Program-made: the position numbers and the translations under genes | Notes under the pieces: model-generated | Told to the model about the DNA's origin: nothing | Databases searched by the model: none | What the model saw: only the letters and a program-made list of their open reading frames with translations | NCBI GenBank assembly: GCA_918797485.1 | Contig: CAKKNE010000004.1 | Coordinates: 3,100,001-3,164,000 of the forward strand | Length of the DNA stretch: 64,000 bases | Direction: 5' to 3' | Source: Pelagomonas calceolata | Lineage: Eukaryota | In this document: one piece after another, positions 19,418 to 30,120 of the stretch | Layout: each line of letters begins with the position of its first letter | Position numbering within the stretch: position 1 is the stretch's first letter

Positions 19418-22210
19418 ATGGCCGACGACGCCGGCGACACGCCCGGCGCGGACCCCGCCGTGACGTCCGTGCCGCCGGCGCAGACCATGGCCGCGGCGCC
19501 GGCGCCCGCCGGCTTCGGGGAGCGGCCCGCGACGCGCGGCGACACCCCGGCAGCCAATTCCGACGCCGCCGATATACCGGATGAGGCCGAACAGCAGCTC
19601 GTCGCGGACATGGTGAACAACCCCATGCTCGACAAGGTCCAGAAGATCTTGGTGGAGACTCTGTTACGAGAGCAGCAACGCACGGCCAACGAAGCTAGGG
19701 AGCTCGCGGAGATGGCCCAGCGAGCATCGAGGAAGCGCGAAGATACGGGTGTGGAGTTGTATGGTGCTCAACAACAGTTAGCAAGACTCCAACTCTCGCT
19801 GGAGCAGATCCACGCCAATGCCGCCGAACTCGCGGAACAGCGCGCGCACGAGGAGACGGCCGCGCAGGAGGCTAGAGCTAGACACGGCTCCCTCAACAAA
19901 GCTTTGAGTGATAGAAGGAAGCACGTCGCCAAGAACCAGGCGGAGTTAGACGCGATCAACGACACGCTCAGACAGGTCGAAACTTATAATGAGGAGATGC
20001 AAAAAGAGATCGCCGTCACTAAAAGAGCTACTTATAAGGCCGAGGAGCAGGTCCAGTCCCTCGAGAAAGCTAAAGAAGGCCAGGACCTCTATGTGAACAA
20101 GCTTGATGAGAGGGCTCGCGTGCTCGGTGAGCGCATCGCGGTCACGGAAGCTCGCTTAGCGAAGCAGCAGGATGAATCCGCCGAGGCTCGCAAACTCCTA
20201 GCGGAAACGGGCCAGGAGATGGACTTGGTGGCCTTTGAAAAAAAACAGTTGCTGCAGCAGTGGAAAAGCTCTCTGGTGCAGCTAGCGAGACGAGATGAGG
20301 CCTTAGCGGCGGCCCAGACACAACTAGAGGCCGCGAGAGAAGTCATCCGAGATGTGGAGAACGAGATAATAGGCACGAGGCGAGAGGAAAACAAACAAAT
20401 CACAGCCAATCGATCCTTGGAAGAACTCAGTGGAAAAATAGGCTTGCAAGAGGCCCAGTGCGTCGAGGAGACCCAGAAATACACGGCGGAAGCCGACGCC
20501 GTCGCGGCGCAGTTCGACCTGCTCCACGCGGCCATGACCCAGGTCGACGAGGAGGAGAAGAAGATCGCGGAGGAAGGCAAGCACACGAAGGACGGCCTCG
20601 GGCAACTCTCGGCGAACATCCAGATCGTGACCGTCGAGCGCCAGAAGATCGAGCAGAAGGTGTTATCAGCTGCGTCTGATAGGGCAACCATAAACAACGC
20701 GATCGAGGCCCTCAAGAAGCCTCTGAAGGCCGTGAAGCAACGGACGCAAGACCTCGAGATGCAGCAGGTCATGGTCGACAACGAGCTCGCTCGAGTGAAG
20801 ATCGACGCGCTGAACACGAAGGCGCACAACGACCAACTCAAGGAAACTTTGGCAAGCTTCGACGTCAAGCTCAAGGAGCAGGAGGACCTCATCGGCAAGT
20901 ACCAGCGGGAGATCCGGCAGAGACATGATGATGTCGAGAAGAAGACGTTGCGGGTCGCGTTTCTGAACCGAAAGTTGCAGTTGCACTTGAAGGATATTGA
21001 TCTCGGGCCGGAGGAGGCCATGGGTCCGCTCGAGAATGAAATACGGATGCTGCGCAAGGAGACCTCAAAGATCAAAGAAGAATGTAGTAGATTGCAGGGG
21101 GTCTGGCTGGCCGATCAAACAAGATTGGTAGAAGTTGCTCAGAGGACCGAGGCTATCCTCGAGGAGACGGCTGAACTCAGAGCTCGCAATCGCATCTTGG
21201 ATGAACGGCGCATTCGCATCACGAAGGAAGGCACGGAGAAACGAGCGGCCGTCGCGGCTTTGCATAAAGCTACCGCGGGCATGCGCGCCGACACGGCTCG
21301 GTTGAATGAGCTCATCGGGAAGCACACGAAGCAGCAGGAAGCCTTGTCCAATGAGACCGGGGTGTTGGAGTTATCATTTAGGGCGGAGTTGAAGGAGTTA
21401 GAAACAGAAAGCTTAGCCGCCGAGCAGAAGGTCCACGAGGCTCGTTCCCGGAAAAACGTCTTGCTGGAGGAGGTCATTGACGGGGAACGCCAAGTCCTGT
21501 TGTGGGAGAAGAAGATCGAGCTTGAGCGGGAGACGCAGGCGGCGTTGGACCCGTCCGTGGGCACCGGTGAAATCAAGGCCATGGAGATCGAGATCCACCG
21601 GATGAAGATGCGCCTCGAGGGTCTACAGCGCGAACAGGAGGCCATGATCAAGGAGATGGAGCGGGGTATCGCGAAAAGAGAAGCTATCACGCTGCGATAT
21701 AAGGGGAAAGCGCGGCCGACGGCCCTGGAACATACGAAGCAGTCGCTCAGGGAGCACGTCAAGAAGTTGCGCGGTAAAATTCAAGCTACAGCTAGGGAAG
21801 CCTCGCAGCTCTCAAATGCTATCACTAATAAGAAACAGGAGCTGGATACGTCTACTTCGGAGTTAGCTGATGCTACTGCGAGATACGGTTCGCTCGAGAC
21901 GGACGCCAACGACCTCCAGCAGGCCATCAATCGCTTGTTGTACGAGAAGCAGCGGCGGGCCGAGTTGCAAGCGGCGAAGGAGGCGACTGTTGGAAGGTAC
22001 TTGGATCTAGAAAGAGGTACGGCCGAACTCAGAGGCCCGGAGCACGCGTCCGAGGTGGACGCGGCTCTATCTCGGGGCGCCGAGAATTTGGGCCGGTGCC
22101 GCGACGTCATCGCCGCGTTAGGAAAGCGCTTCGACTACCTCGCGGAGCCGCTCGGGCGCATCAAGCACCTGGCTGATGATGCCGAAGCTGGTCAGTTGGT
22201 GGCCACCTAA
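19418..22210 (+). CDS. CCDC40: Coiled-coil domain protein 40 (FAP172, axonemal ruler)
   Basis: 930-aa coiled coil with REDTGVELYGAQQQLARLQ, QDLYV, EKKQLLQQWKSSL, LLWEKKI, GEIKAMEIEIHRM. Confidence 0.9.
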   Translation: MADDAGDTPGADPAVTSVPPAQTMAAAPAPAGFGERPATRGDTPAANSDAADIPDEAEQQLVADMVNNPMLDKVQKILVETLLREQQRTANEARELAEMAQRASRKREDTGVELYGAQQQLARLQLSLEQIHANAAELAEQRAHEETAAQEARARHGSLNKALSDRRKHVAKNQAELDAINDTLRQVETYNEEMQKEIAVTKRATYKAEEQVQSLEKAKEGQDLYVNKLDERARVLGERIAVTEARLAKQQDESAEARKLLAETGQEMDLVAFEKKQLLQQWKSSLVQLARRDEALAAAQTQLEAAREVIRDVENEIIGTRREENKQITANRSLEELSGKIGLQEAQCVEETQKYTAEADAVAAQFDLLHAAMTQVDEEEKKIAEEGKHTKDGLGQLSANIQIVTVERQKIEQKVLSAASDRATINNAIEALKKPLKAVKQRTQDLEMQQVMVDNELARVKIDALNTKAHNDQLKETLASFDVKLKEQEDLIGKYQREIRQRHDDVEKKTLRVAFLNRKLQLHLKDIDLGPEEAMGPLENEIRMLRKETSKIKEECSRLQGVWLADQTRLVEVAQRTEAILEETAELRARNRILDERRIRITKEGTEKRAAVAALHKATAGMRADTARLNELIGKHTKQQEALSNETGVLELSFRAELKELETESLAAEQKVHEARSRKNVLLEEVIDGERQVLLWEKKIELERETQAALDPSVGTGEIKAMEIEIHRMKMRLEGLQREQEAMIKEMERGIAKREAITLRYKGKARPTALEHTKQSLREHVKKLRGKIQATAREASQLSNAITNKKQELDTSTSELADATARYGSLETDANDLQQAINRLLYEKQRRAELQAAKEATVGRYLDLERGTAELRGPEHASEVDAALSRGAENLGRCRDVIAALGKRFDYLAEPLGRIKHLADDAEAGQLVAT

Positions 22211-22462
22211 GTTGTTCCAATCTAGCTTTTTTTCTTTTGTGTGTGCCTTGTCTTTTGTCTCTCTCCACGTCCTCGTCCACTTTTTACGCCATCGACGCGC
22301 AGCTCCTATCTGGACGCCATCGACGCTACGGAGGACTTTATACGTCCTCCACGCCATCATACGCTTGGACAGAAGATCTCGGCTTCGCGACCTGATATTC
22401 GGGCGTCCGGCTGGAGAACCGCTACCGCCCGCGCCGTCGACGAGAAACTAGACATAAGTATT

Positions 22463-23402
22463 TTACTCCGGCACGCCAATATCCGAGTTGACGATGTAGA
22501 GCGACTGCTGGATCTTCTCGATGTACCCGTTCATGGCCGCCGCTAATTCGGCATCTTCCCGCCATCGTATCTTTTGTTCGACTGATACTTGATTCCGCAG
22601 TCGCGCCAGGTCCTGAGATAATCTGTCTTTGAGGGCCTGGTCCCGCTTGTTTCTAGCTTTCGCATGATCATCCAACGCCTTTCTGAGCCGTACATAATCA
22701 TTTTCGCGTTCCGTGCGCGCCGTGTCGAACGACGACGCCGTCCGCGATTCATCATGAGCGAGGCGTCGCAACATCGAGGCTTCGCGCTCCTTCCTCGACT
22801 TGGACTCAGCATCGAATTGTTCCATCGTGTGGTGCAGCCGCTCGGCCAGAGCCTTACCGCGAGCCTCGATGTCGAGCGGAATCGCGTGCATGTCGACCGT
22901 GAAGCGCCGCCGCATGTCATTGGTCCGTTCTCGTAGGCCATCGACGCGCTCCTGGAGCTTGATTCGCCTCTCGTTAACGTCGTGCTGGAATTTCGCACGC
23001 ATCTCCGCCACTTGAGTATCGCACCACGTCTTGATGCTTTTCGTCATCTCCGTGCGCTTCTTGACCTCGTTGTGCAAGGACCGTTCGAGGACGGCCATCT
23101 GCTGCTGCATCGTGAAGACCTGTGCGGAAATCAACCAAACTCGGACACGATCATCGGAAGATCCACTCGAACGTATCCAGAGAGCAGCACCTCACGCCGA
23201 CCGCGACACACCCCAAATTGAAGGGCGCTTGAAGTTTGTCACACTGGTGAAAGACCTTGAATTCGTCCTTCTCGCGTCGTTGCCGCGTGCCGATGCGCAT
23301 GTCGGCGTCGAAGGCGTCGAAGGAGGCCATGATGGACTCGAGGCGCTTCGTGGTCTCTTCTGCCGCGTCATGTTTATTCAGTTGGCGCTTGGCGGTCTTC
23401 AT
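22463..23402 (-). CDS. SF-assemblin/beta-giardin family striated-fibre protein (267 aa); exons 23402-23256, 23119-22463
   Basis: Coiled coil ending REDAELAAAMNGYIEKIQQSLYIVN; splice KDEFK|VFTMQQ in frame. Confidence 0.8.
23120..23255 (-). mobile_element. Introner-type intron (136 nt)
   Basis: Minus strand GTCTTTCAC...TTGATTTCCGCACAG|GTCTTCAC: family 3' TIR, TSD with a 1-nt indel; restores frame. Confidence 0.85.
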
Positions 23403-23666
23403 CTTTGTGTCTCCAGGGGGGTGCTGGTGCTGCCCCCCTGGCTTGCTCGCTGGTCGTGTGAGGGTGGCGCACGTTTTGGTGGGGGATCCGTGCGTCCCGT
23501 GCGCGTCACGTCGACCACAACGCGGGAGCGTTTGCAGGGCTGCCTGGCGTGAGCCGCGGGTGGCGCTACGGCCCGGGCAGCTGCAGGCCGGCGCTGGTCC
23601 AGAGCCGAAGCCTGCCGCGGGGAGCCGTGCCGGGGCGGCGGATGCGATGGCGCGGAATGATCAGGT

Positions 23667-23690
23667 GCTAGTGTCTTACAGCACGCTAGC
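23667..23690 (+). promoter_or_regulatory. CTAG bipartite upstream motif
   Basis: GCTAGTGTCTTAC-AGCA-CGCTAGC between divergent genes. Confidence 0.65.
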
Positions 23691-23894
23691 GTGCACTCTG
23701 TGCGCGACGCCATTTTCAGCCGCTCCGAGCGCATCACGACCAGAGAAGTGGCGCTGGTTGCTTCTGCGACCATTTGGACCGCTGCTGTTGTGGAGCTTGC
23801 ATCGCTGCGTGCAAATTAGCCTTGTGGAGCATCGCTGCCGAGTTGCACAGGCGCCGCCGGGGCGAAATCACACGAGACGCCATCGCTGCGAGCG

Positions 23895-24971
23895 ATGCCA
23901 GAAGCACTAGTGATAGCGGGCTCCTACGAGGGCGGCCTCCACGGCTGGACCTTTGACAATGATAATTACGAGCTCAAGTTCTCGTTCGCGGCGCACCAGG
24001 GCTGTATACGGTGCGTCGCGACGAATAGTCACGTCGAGGACGCCCAGCCGCTGTTGCTCACGGGCGGCGACGATGAGGTGATTCGGGCCTTTTCGTTGTC
24101 TACGTTCCGGCAGCTCGGGGAACTATCAAAACACGCGGGCACCGTGACGGACCTGTGCTTCTGCGGCAGCAAGCACTTCGCGTCTGCATCTGCCGATGGT
24201 ACCATACTACTGTGGCGATTAAAGGAGTGGACCTGCGTCCACGTCTTGGGCGGCCACGACAAGCCCGTGCATTCCGTGGATGCGCACCCTTCTGGAAGGA
24301 TGTTGCTTTCCACTGGAGCTGATAGAACATTAAGGTTGTGGGATTTGGTCGAAGGTCGAGGAGCACATATCACGCGGACGAAGGGTGAAGCGTCGAAGGT
24401 GTGCTGGAACGGTCCTGCGACGAGCTACCTGTTGATTCTAGGTGCGCGCGTCGAGGTCTTGGACGTGGAGACGTCGACGGCCGAATTTGACATTGATGTG
24501 GGCGCGCGCGTCCTCGACGCGTGTTTCCTCTCTGGTACGGATTTCGTGGCGACGGCGGACGGCGCGGGTTGTATTAGTGTGTGGAGTGCACAGGGCTGCG
24601 TCTGGCGACGGTCTCGGCGCGGCGGCGGCCGCGTCAAGGCGCTCGCGGGTTTGAGGGTTGGTCCGTGTGACAAATGCGCGTCGCTGGACGCCTGGGCGGC
24701 TTCTTTTAGACTCGTCGCCGCGGCGTCGTCTGGGGCTTGTGAAGCCTGGGCGCCGGCCGGGCCCGCCGACGATCTTGATGATGAGGACGCCGCCGCGCCG
24801 GCGGCCGTCGCCGCGGGCACGACGGCGCGCCTCACTTGTTTAGCAGTGCACGCCGTGAGTACAACGCGGCCGCGGAGCAACAGCAGCTTCTCCGGCGAGG
24901 CGTCGAAGCGCGGCCTCAAGGACAAGCTGAAGCGAAAACGGGCGCGGTCGCGGTCCGGGAGCGGCGTGTAA
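23895..24971 (+). CDS. PAK1IP1: WD40 protein PAK1IP1/Mak11-like (60S biogenesis)
   Basis: IAGSYEG.LHG N-terminus, WD40 repeats, HPSGRMLLS..D.TLRLWDL..GR, ARLTCL, basic tail. Confidence 0.8.
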   Translation: MPEALVIAGSYEGGLHGWTFDNDNYELKFSFAAHQGCIRCVATNSHVEDAQPLLLTGGDDEVIRAFSLSTFRQLGELSKHAGTVTDLCFCGSKHFASASADGTILLWRLKEWTCVHVLGGHDKPVHSVDAHPSGRMLLSTGADRTLRLWDLVEGRGAHITRTKGEASKVCWNGPATSYLLILGARVEVLDVETSTAEFDIDVGARVLDACFLSGTDFVATADGAGCISVWSAQGCVWRRSRRGGGRVKALAGLRVGPCDKCASLDAWAASFRLVAAASSGACEAWAPAGPADDLDDEDAAAPAAVAAGTTARLTCLAVHAVSTTRPRSNSSFSGEASKRGLKDKLKRKRARSRSGSGV

Positions 24972-25050
24972 CTTTATGGTAGTGTCTATTATGTGCACAC
25001 AGGCGACCTTTACGCAGATATAATGGGGTCGGGTTTGAGTCACGATGTGG

Positions 25051-25980
25051 CTATGCCGTGATAACCACCGGGCTCTGGTCGTCGAAGGGCGGCTTCTCCG
25101 GGGCTTTTTCGTCCTCGGGCGGCGCGGCGCACGCGAAGCGCAGAATACCGCTCCAGAGCAGGCCGAACGCGACCGTGAAAATCCCGAAGACTGCGATCGT
25201 GGCGATGGCCTTATCTAACGCTTGTCCTTTAAAAGTTTGAATTGCAATTGCACCAGCAATCCCAACCTGCTGGATCCCCGTCTCCATACTCACTGTGCGA
25301 GCAGTCTTCGCATCCGCCCCGATCACGACCTTGGCAAAGCCGTAGCCTAACAAGAAGCCCACGGGGCACATGAGTGCCATGACGGCGAACGCCGACGGCG
25401 TGATCGCCGAGGGCACGCCGAGAAGTGCCAGGACGCACGCGGCCACCAACAGGACGGCGCCGACGCGCGTCGCCCACGTCTCCGTCGCCTTGCCCGCGCC
25501 CTCCCGCGTCCGGCGCAGCCGCCAGCCTAGAACAGCCGGAGTCGTTGCCACGATCAGCGTGACGACGATCGCGAGGTAATTCATCTTCGGTGCGTTGTCA
25601 TCAACTAAAGGGGGCCGCACGTACACGAAGATGAGCAGCGGCATCATGCCCAGGGCCAGGAAGGTGCTGCACGTCGTCATCAGCAACGATAATGTCACGT
25701 TGGCGCGCGACACGTACGTGAAGAACGTGGACGTGACACCTCCCGGCGACATGCCGCACAGCATGAGACTCAGCGCCTCCGTGTCGCCCAGGTCGAAGGC
25801 GCAGATCAAGCCAAAAGTGATTAGTGGCATGAACAGGTACTGACTGGCCACACCGCACAGGATCGCCTTCGGAGACTTTTTGATCTCCGCTGGCACGTCG
25901 ATGTCTATCGACGCGCCCATGCCCAGCATGATGATGATGGTGTACCCGTACACGAGCGCTGTTAAAATTGCTTTGAACAT
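25051..25980 (-). CDS. Bile acid:sodium symporter (SBF/SLC10) family transporter
   Basis: MLGMG, SQYLFMPL, SPGGVTS, ANVTLSLLMTTCST, RTVSMETGIQ. Confidence 0.9.
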   Translation of the reverse strand: MFKAILTALVYGYTIIIMLGMGASIDIDVPAEIKKSPKAILCGVASQYLFMPLITFGLICAFDLGDTEALSLMLCGMSPGGVTSTFFTYVSRANVTLSLLMTTCSTFLALGMMPLLIFVYVRPPLVDDNAPKMNYLAIVVTLIVATTPAVLGWRLRRTREGAGKATETWATRVGAVLLVAACVLALLGVPSAITPSAFAVMALMCPVGFLLGYGFAKVVIGADAKTARTVSMETGIQQVGIAGAIAIQTFKGQALDKAIATIAVFGIFTVAFGLLWSGILRFACAAPPEDEKAPEKPPFDDQSPVVITA

Positions 25981-26260
25981 GGTGGTTATTTGCCCTTGCA
26001 AGCGCTTGTGGCTGTGTTTGTAAATTAAACGCAGCGGTTGAACACGCCGGTTGCAGAGCGAAGAGCTTGGGTTACTGGTACTCGACCGAAACGCTGCCGA
26101 GCCTCGACTCGAGCCGTGTGCTGCGTCTAGGGAGCTGTCCCGGCTGCATGCGTGTGTGAAAATCTCGGCACACGGGTCGACTCGCGATTGATAGAAAGAA
26201 GGCTCGATTACAGGAACGTAGAGTTGCAAATGGGGCATTGAACGCGTCGGAAAACCGGGC

Positions 26261-26281
26261 GCTAGCGGCGTAAGACACTAG
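26261..26281 (-). promoter_or_regulatory. CTAG bipartite upstream motif
   Basis: GCTAGCG-GC-GTAAGACACTAG between divergent genes. Confidence 0.65.
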
Positions 26282-26407
26282 AACAGCAGGCGCAGTCAGC
26301 TTTTACAGCCTTCAGTCTCAGCGTAGGGGCCGAAATCAATCATATTCGTGAAGACAAAAGGTTTTCGCAGTGATCTGAAACTTCACGCCATCGACGCGAG
26401 CGCCAAA

Positions 26408-27550
26408 ATGTGGCCCAAACACCTCCTGCTGCTTGCAGCCATCGGCAGCGCCTTCCTCCAAGACGCCGACATGGATTATAATGACGAAGACGTGACGAAT
26501 TTTTTTGATGAAGTCGTGGTCCCCATGCGCGAGGCGGCGAAGGAGGCGCTGCGGCCGCAGGCCGTTGTTGGTCCTACCAACGCTTCATCATTGCAATGCT
26601 CGGCGGACCAGCTCACAGTCCGCATCCTGGAGGCGGACCGCAAATTAGTGATAGTGGGCGGCGGCCCGGCCGGCTTCTCCGCGGCGACCTACGCCGCCCG
26701 AGCCGATCTCGAACCGCTGGTAGTAGCAAGGGACTTCGGCCAACTAGAGGGTACAAGTACCGTAGACAACTACCCGGGCTTCCCCGAGGGCATCGACGCG
26801 GTGGACATGGTGCAGAGGTTCGAGAAGCAGGCGACGCGCTTCGGCGCGCAGATCAAGTGGTGCGGAATAGAAAGAGTAGATTTAACCTGTCGACCCTTCA
26901 AGGTCTACTGCGAGGATGGGGAAGTCATGACGTCGTCGGCCATCATCATTGCGACGGGCGCGTCGCCTCGGTGGCTCGGAGCGCCGGGCGAAAAAGAACT
27001 GTTGAGCAAGGGCGTGCACACGTGCGCGACGTGCGACGGCTACCAGTACAAGGATAGACATACCTTGGTGGTGGGCGGCGGCGACACGGCGATGGAGCAA
27101 GCTTTATTCCTGGCTCGGGTATGCTCAAGAGTCACGATCGTCCATCGAGGGTCTTCTCTACGAGCGTCCAAGGCCATGGCTGCTCGAGTGATGCGGCACC
27201 CGAAGATACTCATGTTGTGGAACACGGTCGTCGAGGAGTTCATCAAAGGCGACGACGGGTTATTGAAGGAGGTGTCCGTATTGTCCATGGGCTCGACGAC
27301 GACGTTGCAAGTGGACGGCGCGTTCGTCGCGATTGGCCATACGCCGAACACGGAGCTCTTCAAGGACTTGAGGAGGGACGACCACGGCTACGTGTATACG
27401 CTGCCGGGGTCCACCGTCACGTCCATCGCCGGCGTCTACGCGGCGGGCGACGTCGCGGATCCCGTCTATAGGCAGGCGATCACGTCGGCGGGCACGGGCG
27501 CCATGGCGGCGATGGACGCGGAGCGGTGGCTCTGCGAGCACGGGTGCTAG
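26408..27550 (+). CDS. trxB: Low-molecular-weight thioredoxin reductase (TrxB type) with N-terminal signal peptide
   Basis: VIVGGGPAG, NYPGFP, CATCDG redox motif, VVGGGDTAME, AAGDV.D..YRQAITSAG. Confidence 0.92.
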   Translation: MWPKHLLLLAAIGSAFLQDADMDYNDEDVTNFFDEVVVPMREAAKEALRPQAVVGPTNASSLQCSADQLTVRILEADRKLVIVGGGPAGFSAATYAARADLEPLVVARDFGQLEGTSTVDNYPGFPEGIDAVDMVQRFEKQATRFGAQIKWCGIERVDLTCRPFKVYCEDGEVMTSSAIIIATGASPRWLGAPGEKELLSKGVHTCATCDGYQYKDRHTLVVGGGDTAMEQALFLARVCSRVTIVHRGSSLRASKAMAARVMRHPKILMLWNTVVEEFIKGDDGLLKEVSVLSMGSTTTLQVDGAFVAIGHTPNTELFKDLRRDDHGYVYTLPGSTVTSIAGVYAAGDVADPVYRQAITSAGTGAMAAMDAERWLCEHGC

Positions 27551-27619
27551 CTTCCGCTCCGTGCATGCACATATAAGTCTGTGAGTGTTGAGTTTCGGCC
27601 CGAAGCTAACTTACAATCA

Positions 27620-28231
27620 ATGAATCGCGTAAAACAAGCCAAAAAACAATCCTCGGGCCTGACGCGGCGCCGAAGCCAGCCGAAGTCCCAGGCCGGGACC
27701 ATCACTATCACAATTAATGTGCGGCGCCGCTGCCCGCACACGGGCCAGGAGTTGCCGACCGACGACGAGATACGCAACACAGACTGGGTTACGCAAAAGG
27801 CGAGCAGTCTAAAAGATCTGGTGCCCGAGCCCACACCGATCGACCGCGATCTGGTGCGGCAATACGTCTTTCGTAGGGCGAGGGGCTCGTGGGTAGACCT
27901 TGCCGACAACGGTTACAACAAGCCGCGGCATCTACCGAAGGACTCGCCCGTGGAGGGCGTCTTTCGCGCGCGGAAACAGGCGAGCCCGCGCGCATGGGGC
28001 GGCTACGACGAATTCGCGTTCACCCTCGAGCTCGCGATCTTGGTCTTTGCGAACGTCATTAGCGCCGCTTTCTTTGTTTTCTGCTTCTACGTGCTTGGCG
28101 TCGGCCACGTCCTCTTCAAGGCCCTCTTCGTCTTCCATTGCACCGTGTTGCCGCGCCGATTGCTCGCGGACGTCATCAATCGCTTCACCTCGACGAAGGA
28201 ACTGCGCAAATTCGGGCCCATAGATACTTAA
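27620..28231 (+). CDS. Hypothetical membrane protein
   Basis: ~203-aa ORF with C-terminal hydrophobic helices. Confidence 0.55.
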   Translation: MNRVKQAKKQSSGLTRRRSQPKSQAGTITITINVRRRCPHTGQELPTDDEIRNTDWVTQKASSLKDLVPEPTPIDRDLVRQYVFRRARGSWVDLADNGYNKPRHLPKDSPVEGVFRARKQASPRAWGGYDEFAFTLELAILVFANVISAAFFVFCFYVLGVGHVLFKALFVFHCTVLPRRLLADVINRFTSTKELRKFGPIDT

Positions 28232-28280
28232 GTATAGACATAAGACGTGGTTAGGGGGCGCGGTTTCTTAAGACTTGGGG

Positions 28281-29734
28281 TTAGCGCGAGAAGATGTTCT
28301 TGAGGCCGCCCTTCTTGCCGAGGACGCGGTTCACGTTCTTGCCGATCCAGTTCAGCGAGTCCTTCTCGGCGGCCGCGATGGCCATGTCGTCGAGGTCCAC
28401 GATCATGCAGCCGTTCTCGTCGCACTGCACCGAGGCCGCGACCTCGGAGCACTTGACCCAGCGCTGCTCGGCCGCGGACTTGCCCGCCGTGATGGCCATG
28501 ATGAGGGCGACGAGCCCATCCTCGCCGGAGCAGGGCGACGGCTTGTCATTGACCAACGCGTCGACGAACGCTAAAGTTTCTTGTTTATAGGCCTCCTTGT
28601 AGCGGCTCATGAAGAAGTCGTACGGTAAATCCGCGTTGCCCGTGAAGTCGGCGGCGTACAGGCGCGCCGTGTTCGGGTACATGTTGTCCGTCTGGATCAT
28701 CGCCTTCGTGCCCAGCACTTCCGCTCGTTGGTCGTAGCCGTACGGGGCCTGTCGACAAACGTCGATGATGGCCTCCTTGCCGTTGGCGTAGCGCACCATG
28801 ATGTTCGCCGTGTCGAACGCCTCCGGTCCCTCCAACTCCAGGATCTTCTTGTCGATGTGGCAAGAACCGGACGCGAGGATCTCGACCGGTTCCGAACCAA
28901 CGAGGTAGCGGGACATGTCGAGGTCGTGGACGGCCATGTCCTTGAAAATGCCGCCGCCGCCTTTCACATACTCGAACGGCGGCGGCGCCGGATCTCTGGA
29001 GCATAACTTCACCGTGATGACGTCGCCGACCTCGCCGCTCACGATGGATCGCTTCACTCTGGCAAAATTGGGATCGAAGCGCCGCTGCAAAGCCGTCATC
29101 AACTTGATGCCGGCCTTGTCGCAGATGCGAATCGCTTCGATGGTCTCGGGCAGATCGGTCGCAATCGGCTTCTCGCAAAACACGTCCTTGCCGGCCGCCG
29201 CGCACTTCGTAATTTGTTCCGCGTGGAAACTGGAGGGCGAGCAGATCCAGACGGCCTGGACGTCGGGGTGGTTGATGACGTCGTCCGAGTCCGCGGACCA
29301 CTCCGGAACAAAATACTGCTTGGCCGCGGCCTCGGCCTTCGAGACCGTGGGGTTCGAGATGATGACGCACTCGGCGTCCTGGGTCTGGGACCTGTGTCGT
29401 GACGGTCTTTCTCTCTCGCTCGCTCGGCGTGGGGATCGAACGCGTCACGCTCCGTGCCACGGGTCTCTCGCCGCACGACCTAGCCCTCACGGCCGCTGGC
29501 ACGACGACGCCCTCGGCGCGCGACAACCCCGTTCAAGTTCAGAAAAGACGCCGCAGCGCGCAGGGCCTCGAGATGCACCAAGCCGATGCGCCCGGCGCCG
29601 ATGACGCCCACTTTCACGACCATCTCCGGCGCCGCCGATGCGGCGCGGCGCACCGTGTTCACTGGCAGCTTGTTGGTCGGCGCCAGAAGCGCCGTCGCGC
29701 CCATCGCGAGCGCTAGCACGAGTTTAGCAGCCAT
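28281..29734 (-). CDS. iolG: Myo-inositol 2-dehydrogenase (Gfo/Idh/MocA), with predicted bipartite leader; exons 29734-29562, 29391-28281
   Basis: VGVIGAGRIG, FCEKP, QRRFDP, SRDP, GGIFKDMAVHDLD, YGYDQRAEV; intron 29561-29392 with GC donor restores frame. Confidence 0.88.
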
Positions 29735-30120
29735 GATGCTCTCCCTTTTTAATGTGCTAAGGATTGCGTTGCTGCAGTGCCGATACGACGCACTGTGTTA
29801 GACTGAAACGACAGCAATAACCACGTTTCTATCTGCAAGAGCGACGTGTGTAGCGCCTGAGATCCTCGGCCGCAACTGGGCTTGTGATCGCGCAGGTGTG
29901 GCTTGGCTCTTTCGGTGCGCCGCGCACGCGCGCTGGAGGCCTCGGAGATTGTCGCAGACGCCTCCGCCAGGACCGATCCAAGCGGCCTCATGCCCAGCAA
30001 AAGGCGGCCGCGGCCGCGCGGCCGCGCAACACCAACATGACTACATATCCGCCGTCGACGGGATATGTTAGGCAGATGTACGTAACGACAAAGGCACACA
30101 TTACTCGCGACGACGGGAAC

